Assembly (NCBI GenBank): GCA_950072105.1
Contig: CATMOE010000089.1
Span: 1-11,090 of the forward strand
Direction of reading: 5' to 3'
DNA from: an uncultured Dehalococcoidia bacterium
GTDB lineage: Bacteria > Chloroflexota > Dehalococcoidia > Lucifugimonadales > UBA3495
DNA length: 11,090 nt
This document shows, in pieces, positions 1-6,883 of the stretch. How positions within the stretch are numbered: position 1 is the first letter of the stretch; each line of letters begins with the position of its first letter. Under the pieces are notes generated by a model. The model searched no databases. It saw only the letters and a program-made list of their open reading frames with translations, and was not told where the DNA came from. The position numbers were made by a program, and so were the translations under genes.

Positions 1-182
1 GAGTTGAACAGTTTTATCTTGGTGCCGGGCTGCACTTCCAGCAACGTGCACGACAGGGCTTCTCCATCGGGTATGGGAGCGCTCACCGAGCTTAGGTCGT
101 AGGTTTGAGATAGGTCGCTGGAAAGTTTGCCGATATAATGCTGAGTGGCTTCCGCACCCTCATAAAAACGAATTATTCCCAT
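1..182 (-). CDS. Hypothetical protein, 5' portion only (runs off the left edge); possibly a beta/gamma-crystallin-like beta-rich domain
   Basis: Not in the ORF track. Minus-strand ATG at 182-180, with a strong RBS (AGGAGGT, complement of acctcct at 190-196). Open frame to the window edge: MGIIRFYEGAEATQHYIGKLSSDLSQTYDLSSVSAPIPDGEALSCTLLEVQPGTKIKLFNS. Confidence 0.75.
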   Translation of the reverse strand, partial: MGIIRFYEGAEATQHYIGKLSSDLSQTYDLSSVSAPIPDGEALSCTLLEVQPGTKIKLFN

Positions 183-286
183 TTCTTTTACCTCCTGTAT
201 ATGTTTAAGAGCATTATGCCATGGGACAATATATCGACGTGCAAGAGCCTGAGATTGTCCAGTGATAAGGGATGGCCAGCGCCGCT

Positions 287-1480
287 CTACTCGTAGGGTT
301 GGAGCTTAACCTCGTGCAGGGCCGGGATGACCTCTTTACCGATGAGTTCGATTGAGCGCATCACGTCTTCATAAGGCATGTCGCCCTCGTTTCCGTAGCA
401 GATCAGGTAACCCGGCGCGACGGTGTCCAGGATCTCCGTCAACTTTTTGATCACGGTGTCCGGAGTGCCAACTGCAATGGCGCCGGCTTCCTGAAGTTCC
501 TCATATGTCCTTTCCCGCTGTCCCAACCTGACTCCCACTCCCGCCGGGATTTTCTTTATTACCTCGACTGCGGCGCGCGACCGGTATCCAGGAGGGTCGT
601 TGTGTTCCGAGGGACCTTTGAACCGGTGTTTGCCATGCCACATGTAAGTGCGCCCGATCTCTTGCGCTTTCTCGTCGGTGTCGGCGCAGAACACCATGAC
701 GTTGCCTCCGAAGTTCCCCGGCCCCGGTGTGTAGCCAGCCTCGCGGGCGGTCTCGATGTAGATCTGTTTAAGCCACTCCGTCTGGCCTCGAATGACCTGT
801 AGGTTCATATAGGGATAGCCGTGCTCGGCCGCCCAAATAACGCTCTCCGGGCTGCCGGTGCCGGGGAACCAGATGTCCGGATGGGGTTTTTGCATCGGCA
901 GCACCCAAGGGTTCACCACCCGGCGGTGGAAATGCTGTCCCTCGAATCGGAAGGGACCGGGGGTCGTCCAGCACTTGAGTATCAGGTCGTGGGCTTCTTC
1001 GAAACGGCTTCGGTTCTCCGTAGGGTCGATGCCTGCCTGTAACGTCTCGATGGAGCTGCCCCGCACGAAGCCTGAGATGATCCGGCCGCCGGAGTAGCAA
1101 TCCAGCATCGCGATCTCTTCGGCCATGCGCACCGGGTCGTTGATGGCGATGACGTTCCCCAAGATAGCTATTTTGACCCGCTTAGTTACTTTGGCGAGTA
1201 CGGCGGCGTCCAGATTAGCGGCGGGTTTCATGCACCAGTAGGCCGTGTGGTGCTCGTTAGTCATTATTCCGTCGAATCCTACCTCGTCGACCAGGGCGTA
1301 TTGTTCATGGTACTGGTTGTACAGAACATGGGCTTTTTCGGGGTCGAAATAGGAATTGGGGAACAAGAACCGCGTGGAGTCATACTTTTCCAGGTCTTCG
1401 TCTCTGACATAGGAGTTGGGATGCTCAGAGAACCAATAGACCTCAACCTTGTCGGTGGGCCGGGCTAGCTGGTCGACCAT
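287..1480 (-). CDS. LLM-class (luciferase-like) flavin-dependent oxidoreductase/monooxygenase
   Basis: 397 aa. Family motifs GFDGIMTNEHH, LAKVTKRVKIAILG, DPVRMAEEIAMLDCYSGGRIISGFVRG, PMQKPHPDIW, AVGTPDTV and SIELIGKEVIPAL. AAGGGGG RBS-like sequence upstream of the ATG. Confidence 0.93.
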   Translation of the reverse strand: MVDQLARPTDKVEVYWFSEHPNSYVRDEDLEKYDSTRFLFPNSYFDPEKAHVLYNQYHEQYALVDEVGFDGIMTNEHHTAYWCMKPAANLDAAVLAKVTKRVKIAILGNVIAINDPVRMAEEIAMLDCYSGGRIISGFVRGSSIETLQAGIDPTENRSRFEEAHDLILKCWTTPGPFRFEGQHFHRRVVNPWVLPMQKPHPDIWFPGTGSPESVIWAAEHGYPYMNLQVIRGQTEWLKQIYIETAREAGYTPGPGNFGGNVMVFCADTDEKAQEIGRTYMWHGKHRFKGPSEHNDPPGYRSRAAVEVIKKIPAGVGVRLGQRERTYEELQEAGAIAVGTPDTVIKKLTEILDTVAPGYLICYGNEGDMPYEDVMRSIELIGKEVIPALHEVKLQPYE

Positions 1481-1519
1481 AAGTGCCCCCTTTTGATCTC
1501 TACTCCCACGTGGCCTCCA

Positions 1520-1624
1520 CCGATTTTACACTGTCAGCGGCAACCATGCACCAGGCTCTCATATCCGTGTCAGGGCCAGCATTTTCGGTATGCCCCAGTC
1601 CGGTGCTGCGTGGTGTAAAATCGG
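1520..1624. promoter_or_regulatory. Divergent promoter region with a perfect 12-bp inverted repeat (CCGATTTTACAC / GTGTAAAATCGG); each copy carries a TAAAAT -10-like hexamer facing its own gene
   Basis: ccgattttacac at 1520-1531 is the exact reverse complement of gtgtaaaatcgg at 1613-1624. The pair lies between divergent starts at 1480 (-) and 1677 (+). No convincing -35 boxes were found. Confidence 0.5.
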
Positions 1625-1676
1625 GAGCGCCGGCATGGGTTGAAAATAGACGTTGCTGGAAGATGAGGAGACAGGC

Positions 1677-2570
1677 ATGCTTATCGAGCAGGTTTCGGGA
1701 GCGTTGGAACGCATCGTATCGTCTGATCAAGAAGTTGAGTGGTTGGGCAACGGTTACGGTGGTGGATCGGTGGCCGAAGGACCTCTTTGGTGGAAGGAAG
1801 GCGGATACCTCCTGTTCAGCGACATCGGCAACAATCAAAGGTTGAAGTGGGCGCCGGGGGAAGGTGCGACCGTCTTCCATGAGCCTACAAACAACGCCAA
1901 TGGGCTCACCCGCGACGTCCACGGGCGGCTGATTGCCTGCGAGCATGGCACGCGCCGGGTTACCCGCACGGAGCCCGACGGAAGCATCACTGTGGTGGCA
2001 AGCAACTATCAAGGCCGGCGGCTGAACCGGCCCAACGACGTGGTGGTAAAGTCAGATGGCAGCATCTATTTCACCGACCCTGGCGCTCCCGAACCGAACT
2101 TAGACCTTGATTATGCCGGGGTTTACCGGGTGTCCCCGGACCTGGGCGACCTGACCTTGCTGGTCAAGGACTTCGTCACCCCCAACGGCTTAGCCTTCTC
2201 GCCGGACGAAAACATCCTTTACATAAACGATTCGCGCCGGGGGCACATCCGTGCGTTCGACATGCAGCCCAACGGAACTCTGGCCATCGCTAGTGACCGG
2301 GTATTCGCCGATCTGAGAGGAGAACGGTCCGGTGTGCCCGATGGCATGAAAGTGGATGTGGAAGGAAACGTATACTGCGGAGGCTCCGGCGGTATCTGGA
2401 TCTTCGATTCCGCAGGCAATCACTTGGGAATCATCGCCCATGGGGAGCCGGCCACGACCAATATCGCCTGGGGCGATGACGATTGGAAGACCCTGTACAT
2501 CACTACTCGTGACAGCTTGGGTAGAATACCGCTGAAGATAGCCGGTATCCCGGTGCCATCGGGAAAATAA
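1677..2570 (+). CDS. SMP-30/gluconolactonase/LRE family protein (six-bladed beta-propeller lactonase)
   Basis: Motifs AEGPLW, LLFSDI, NGLTRD..GRLIACEH, LNRPNDVVVKSDGSIYFTDP, PNGLAFSPDE and PDGMKVDVEGNVY. Start moved from TTG 1653 to ATG 1677, which follows a GAGGAG RBS at 1665-1670. Confidence 0.93.
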   Translation: MLIEQVSGALERIVSSDQEVEWLGNGYGGGSVAEGPLWWKEGGYLLFSDIGNNQRLKWAPGEGATVFHEPTNNANGLTRDVHGRLIACEHGTRRVTRTEPDGSITVVASNYQGRRLNRPNDVVVKSDGSIYFTDPGAPEPNLDLDYAGVYRVSPDLGDLTLLVKDFVTPNGLAFSPDENILYINDSRRGHIRAFDMQPNGTLAIASDRVFADLRGERSGVPDGMKVDVEGNVYCGGSGGIWIFDSAGNHLGIIAHGEPATTNIAWGDDDWKTLYITTRDSLGRIPLKIAGIPVPSGK

Positions 2571-2592
2571 TCTCGCCGAGGATCGACTGAAT

Positions 2593-3885
2593 ATGCGAAT
2601 CTTGCTGATCGCCACAAACCGGCACCAGAGATTGATGAGCCGCATGAATGCCTATCCGGCGCCCATCGGGCTGGCTTACATCGCCGGATATCTGGACCCG
2701 GACCGGCACGACGTTAAGATACTGGACCTGATGTTTTCCGAGGACTATCTCGAGGAAACCGGGAGAACGGTTCGGGAGTTCCAACCCGATCTTATCGGCA
2801 TCTCTCTGCGGAACCTGGACAACGTCAGCTACATGGACCCTCAGTGGGCGCTGCCGGGCACGAAAGAAGTTATCGATAAGATTCGCTCAATCACCGAAGC
2901 TCCCATCGTGTGTGGTGGTCCGGGTTTCAGCCTGCTTCCAGAGGCATGTTTCGATTATCTGGGACTTGACTTGGGAGTGGCTGGTGACGGGGGTGAGAGC
3001 TTTGCCCAACTGGCCGACGCCATGGAAAGCGGTGAGACCTATCACAACATGCCCGGGCTGGTTTACCGGGATGATACCGGCTCCATCGTGCGGAAAGGAT
3101 TGGCTTACTCTGAGTTCTCCAAACCACCGCTGTTGGACCAACTTGATATGGCCCGGTACGAGAAGGCGGGATTCGGCATCGGCGTGGTGACCAAGCTGGG
3201 CAACTCCTTCTCCAACTCGATAATCGCCGAGAACGATACGGCCGCCTGGCGGGTGCTGCGTCCAATCGAAGAGGTTATCGATGATGTTCGGGACTTGCAA
3301 GACCGCTTCGGACTGCGCAAGATATTTTTCATCGATTCGGGATTCAACGTCCCTCTGCCTTACGCCAAAGCATTGTGCCGTTCCATCATAGATGCCGACC
3401 TAAAAGTCCACTGGAACAGCTACCTGGCTCCGGTGCCCGAATCCTGCGACGACGAGGTGTTGGAGCTGATGCGAGAAGCCGGTTCCGGCCTGGTGATTGT
3501 GACCAACAAAGCCAGAGAAGACACCGAGCGGGTGAGTCTGGAAAGCCGCTTGGCTCCCCTCCGGGAGGTGTGCCAGCGCTGCGACAAAGTCGGGATAAAC
3601 TACACCGTTTCCCAAACATTCGGCGAGCCAGGAGAGACGCGGGAGACGGTGGATGCGAAACTCAACTTCCTGAGTGAGATCGAGCCGGCCCTGGCCAATC
3701 TACGGGTGGGGGTTAGGATCAGGCCTGACACTCCGACGGCGGATGCCGCCATCAAAGAAGGCATCATCAGCAGCGAGAACGATCTGATTCGTCCCTCTTT
3801 CTACATAGCGGAACCGGTCAGAGACTGGATAGTCGATCGGCTCAAGGCTGAGGCCGAGGCTAATCCCCGCTGGAATGTGGTATAG
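2593..3885 (+). CDS. Cobalamin (B12)-binding domain plus radical-SAM-like barrel protein lacking the CxxxCxxC motif
   Basis: 430 aa. N-terminal B12-binding pattern (PIGLAYIAGYL, VKILDLMF, PDLIGISLRNLDN, IVCGGPGFS, GVAGDGGE). Barrel motifs RPIEEVIDDV, IFFIDSGFN and FGEPGETRETV. The expected TKRGCxxxCxYC reads TKLGNSFSNSII. Confidence 0.85.
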   Translation: MRILLIATNRHQRLMSRMNAYPAPIGLAYIAGYLDPDRHDVKILDLMFSEDYLEETGRTVREFQPDLIGISLRNLDNVSYMDPQWALPGTKEVIDKIRSITEAPIVCGGPGFSLLPEACFDYLGLDLGVAGDGGESFAQLADAMESGETYHNMPGLVYRDDTGSIVRKGLAYSEFSKPPLLDQLDMARYEKAGFGIGVVTKLGNSFSNSIIAENDTAAWRVLRPIEEVIDDVRDLQDRFGLRKIFFIDSGFNVPLPYAKALCRSIIDADLKVHWNSYLAPVPESCDDEVLELMREAGSGLVIVTNKAREDTERVSLESRLAPLREVCQRCDKVGINYTVSQTFGEPGETRETVDAKLNFLSEIEPALANLRVGVRIRPDTPTADAAIKEGIISSENDLIRPSFYIAEPVRDWIVDRLKAEAEANPRWNVV

Positions 3886-3933
3886 GGATAGGTAGGCGGC
3901 CAGAGATTATTTTGACAAAAGATGGAGAGTGTT

Positions 3934-4491
3934 ATGGCTCGAGTACCGAACGTGACCAGAGAGAGCATTCCGGAAAACCAGAGGGCCAGCTTTGACGAGA
4001 TTGTACAAGAGCGGGGCGAGATACCAACGGGCGGCCCCGGCTCCGTCATGTTGAACGCGCCGGAGGTGGCCAAACGGGCATTGGGTCTGGCATTGTTCCT
4101 GCGCACCGAGACATCGTTGGAGCCTCGAATCCGGGAACTGGGCATGCTGGTAGCGGCAAGGGAGAACGACTGCCAGTTCATCTGGAATGCCCACGCCCCT
4201 TCTGCTCGCCGGGCCGGTCTGCGGGACGACATCATCGACGCCTTGCGCGACAAGAAAGCGCTTCCCAACTTGGCGGCAGACGAATCCGCCGTGGTGGAGT
4301 ACGGAAGGGAGTTCTTCCGCACCCGCCGTGTCAGCCAGGCTAACTTCGATGCCGCTTTGGCCCAATTCGGGGTCCTGGGACTGACCGAACTTACCAACCT
4401 CTTGGGCTGCTACGCCATGCTGGCCTTCAACGTCAACGCCTTTGGGGTTGAGCTGCCGGCGGAGCGCACTGAGGACGCTCTGCCTATCTAG
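3934..4491 (+). CDS. Carboxymuconolactone decarboxylase / AhpD-like family protein
   Basis: Motifs GPGSVMLNAPE, SLEPRIRELGMLVAARENDCQFIWNAH..ARRAGL and ELTNLLGCYAMLA. ATG 3934 is preferred over 3922 because GGAG at 3924-3927 is correctly spaced for it. Confidence 0.85.
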   Translation: MARVPNVTRESIPENQRASFDEIVQERGEIPTGGPGSVMLNAPEVAKRALGLALFLRTETSLEPRIRELGMLVAARENDCQFIWNAHAPSARRAGLRDDIIDALRDKKALPNLAADESAVVEYGREFFRTRRVSQANFDAALAQFGVLGLTELTNLLGCYAMLAFNVNAFGVELPAERTEDALPI

Positions 4492-4530
4492 TCCGCGACC
4501 CGAACCGTCATCCTGGCTGAGCCATTTGCG

Positions 4531-4541
4531 TGTGGTAGTAT
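4531..4541 (+). promoter_or_regulatory. Candidate extended -10 promoter (TGTGG-TAGTAT) for the NHL/PAL-like gene
   Basis: TRTGn plus TAnnAT pattern in a 125-bp intergenic gap, about 75 nt upstream of ATG 4617. No transcript data. Confidence 0.3.
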
Positions 4542-4616
4542 TAGCCCGTTCAAGGCTTGGGCACATTGCCAAACTTTCTCAAGAGACACGAAAATCCACG
4601 ACGGAGGCCAAAGAGT

Positions 4617-5498
4617 ATGACGACCGTAGGCACGGGAAAATTCACCTACACATTGATTCAAGACTGGGGCAAACTGCCCGCGGGACAGTCCTTCGGCACC
4701 GTCAGCGCCATCGCCACCGACTCCCAGGACCGGGTTTACGCCTTCCAACGGGCCGAGCCGCCGGTGCTGGTTTTTGACCGGGACGGCAACTATCTAAGCT
4801 CTTGGGGCAATGGGAATTTCGTGAATCCTCACGGTCTGTTCATCAAAGACGACATCGTGTACGTCACCGACCGGGAAGGCTCCACGGCGATGAAATACAC
4901 CCTGGATGGCAAGCCCCTGCAGGTGATCGGGAAGCACGGGGTGGTTTCCGACACGGGCTGCGAGGTTTCAGGAGAGGTTGTTCCCCGGTCCGCCGGCCCG
5001 TTCAACTTCATAACGGAGATGGTCCCCCACCCTTCCGGAGACCTCTACATCTCCGACGGGTACCGCAACGCCAGGGTCCATAGATTTACCGCTGACGGCA
5101 AACTGGTTTCGTCCTGGGGTGAACCGGGTAAGGGCGGGGCCAATCAGTTCCACCTGCCCCACAGCCTGGTAGTTGGGCAGGACGGCCGGATCTACCTGTG
5201 CGACCGGGAGAACAGCCGGATCCAGGTGTTCTCGGCCGAGGGTGAATACATCACTATGTGGACCGACATGAACCGCCCCTTGGACATTTCCCAGGATAGC
5301 GAGGGCAACTTTGTCATCAGCGAGCGGCCGGAGGGAGACAAGCCTCCCCAGATCAGCGTTTTGGATGGGGAAGGCAAAGTGCTGGCCCGCTGGCCGTCCC
5401 GCTCCGCCCACGGATCTTGGGTCGACGCCCACGGTGACATCTATTTGGCCCTGACCTCGGAGAAAAGCATCGACAAATACGTTCGCCAGGGGAATTGA
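4617..5498 (+). CDS. Peptidyl-alpha-hydroxyglycine alpha-amidating lyase (PAL)-like NHL-repeat protein
   Basis: 293 aa from ATG 4617 (GGAGG RBS at 4603-4607). NHL/PAL motifs DSQDRVYAFQR, PVLVFDRDGNYLSSWG, PHGL, LYISDGYRNARVHRF, QFHLPHSL, DRENSRIQVF and AHGSWVDAHGDIY. No signal peptide evident. Confidence 0.88.
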   Translation: MTTVGTGKFTYTLIQDWGKLPAGQSFGTVSAIATDSQDRVYAFQRAEPPVLVFDRDGNYLSSWGNGNFVNPHGLFIKDDIVYVTDREGSTAMKYTLDGKPLQVIGKHGVVSDTGCEVSGEVVPRSAGPFNFITEMVPHPSGDLYISDGYRNARVHRFTADGKLVSSWGEPGKGGANQFHLPHSLVVGQDGRIYLCDRENSRIQVFSAEGEYITMWTDMNRPLDISQDSEGNFVISERPEGDKPPQISVLDGEGKVLARWPSRSAHGSWVDAHGDIYLALTSEKSIDKYVRQGN

Positions 5499-5583
5499 TC
5501 AACATACTAAAACTCAGCCCGTTTCTCTTTGGGCCAATGTTATTCCTCCGAAAATAGAGTTGCCAACCTTCGGCCGCACACTT

Positions 5584-5726
5584 TGTCATTCCGACACCAG
5601 CCCTTCGGCGGAAGGGCGGCGAGGCTCCGACTTCGTCGCGAGTCCCCGGCGGAGTCGGGAAATCTCAGGTGATAGCTACAACCAGGCATGGGATTCCTCT
5701 CCTTCCGCCGAAGGATCGGAATGTCA
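5584..5726. repeat. Nested palindromic REP/MITE-like element (TGTCATTCCGA...TCGGAATGTCA)
   Basis: Terminal inverted repeat at 5584-5594 / 5716-5726 (10 of 11 match). Perfect internal 14-bp inverted repeat CCTTCGGCGGAAGG at 5602-5615 / 5701-5714, each copy itself a hairpin. Further stems at 5627-5635 / 5650-5658 and AATCTCA / TGGGATT at 5661-5667 / 5689-5695. Confidence 0.75.
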
Positions 5727-5766
5727 TTTTCAATTTAGAGTTGACTTGGTACAGGGAGGCACGACC

Positions 5767-6783
5767 ATGCCGTTTGGGGATAATGATTGGCTCGCTTTAA
5801 CCCAAGAACACACCTTGGGGCCGGAACTCCCTATCTGCGACCCCCATCATCACTTCTGGGACCTCCGGCCACAAAGCATTCCCTACCAACGGTACCTTCT
5901 CCATGAACTGAATGCCGATATCTACAGCGGACATAATGTACGGTCCACCGCGTTCGTCGAGGCTAGGTCCATGTACCGTTCCGGCGGCCCGGAGGAGTTG
6001 CGTCCGGTCGGCGAAGTAGAATTCGTCCAGGGTCTGGCCGCTGCCAGTAACAGTGGGGTTTACGGACCCAGCAGGGCCGCGGCGGCCATCGTCGGTCACG
6101 CCGACCTTAAGTTGGGCGCCAAAGTGGAAGCTGTTCTAGAAGCGTTACAAGCGGCCAGCCCCAATCGCTTTAAGGGCATACGGCACAACGTGACCTGGAA
6201 CACCGACCCCTCTTGGGACAACCGGGAAACCGAGGGCATCCTGGCCAATATCACGTTTCGGGAGGGGGCAAAGGTGTTGGCGGATAGGGGATTGTCTTTA
6301 GACATGATGCAGGCGTTCCCTCAAATGCCGGAGATAGCGGATTTTGCCAAAGCCGTGCCCGAACTGACGATCATACTTAACCACATCGGCGGTCTCAGCC
6401 GGTCGGGCATCTATGCCAATAAGGACGACGAGGTGATACCCGTCTGGCGGGAGGGCATCGCCGCAGTGGCGGCCTGTCCGAATGTCGTGGTCAAGCTGGG
6501 CGGCCTGGGTATGCCCCGAATCGGCTTCGGCTGGCACGCGCGGGAAGTCCCCATCGGCTCGCAAGAGTTGGCTGAGGCCATGTCCCCTTGGCTGACCTAC
6601 TGCATCGAACAATTTGGGCCGGACCGGTGCATGTTCGAGAGCAACTTCCCGCCCGATAAGGTGTCCTTCTCTTACAACGTGATGTACAACGCCTTCAAGA
6701 TAATGTCTGGCAGCTACTCGTCGACGGAGCGAGCCGCCATGCTTCACGACACCGCCGTCCGCGTATACCGGATAGACGTATAA
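5767..6783 (+). CDS. Amidohydrolase_2 family metal-dependent hydrolase (COG3618-like, lactonase-type)
   Basis: 338 aa from ATG 5767 (GGGAGG RBS at 5754-5759). Motifs PICDPHHHFW, FKGIRH, IILNHIGG, PNVVVKLGG and FGPDRCMFESNFP. The ORF-track extension to 5560 merely reads through the palindromic repeat. Confidence 0.9.
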   Translation: MPFGDNDWLALTQEHTLGPELPICDPHHHFWDLRPQSIPYQRYLLHELNADIYSGHNVRSTAFVEARSMYRSGGPEELRPVGEVEFVQGLAAASNSGVYGPSRAAAAIVGHADLKLGAKVEAVLEALQAASPNRFKGIRHNVTWNTDPSWDNRETEGILANITFREGAKVLADRGLSLDMMQAFPQMPEIADFAKAVPELTIILNHIGGLSRSGIYANKDDEVIPVWREGIAAVAACPNVVVKLGGLGMPRIGFGWHAREVPIGSQELAEAMSPWLTYCIEQFGPDRCMFESNFPPDKVSFSYNVMYNAFKIMSGSYSSTERAAMLHDTAVRVYRIDV

Positions 6784-6883
6784 TACGAGACGCTGGCCCC
6801 AGGCTTGTTCTTACTAACCGCGTTAGCTGTTGTGATGGAACCTGGGCAGGTATTCTGTTAAATATTCAGGAGGATTTATTCCA

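Noticed and set aside
213..261. 7-bp inverted repeat (ggacaat/attgtcc) and a minus-strand TGGCATAAT -10-like sequence between the LLM gene and the left partial gene
   Set aside because: Too short to distinguish from chance, and the candidate -35 (TTGCAC) is 20 nt away.
2593..3885. Calling the Cys-less radical-SAM homolog a pseudogene
   Set aside because: The reading frame is full length and uninterrupted, has an RBS-like GAGGA, sits 22 nt after the upstream gene, and keeps its flanking motifs.
5584..5726. CRISPR array, tRNA or cobalamin riboswitch interpretation of the structured intergenic element
   Set aside because: The repeats are inverted rather than direct with spacers, there is no tRNA cloverleaf or T-loop, no B12-box is recognisable, and no cas genes are present.
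5560..5766. 69-aa N-terminal extension of the amidohydrolase in the ORF track (TTG start at 5560)
   Set aside because: It is a translation of the palindromic repeat (SPSAEG appears twice). ATG 5767 has a good RBS and starts just before the family motif.
6784..6883. Possible TPP riboswitch or promoter upstream of the ThDP enzyme (short stems ctaac/gttag and cccagg/cctggg)
   Set aside because: No CUGAGA or other TPP aptamer consensus, the stems are short, and the TTGTGA-TATTCT spacing is only 15 nt.
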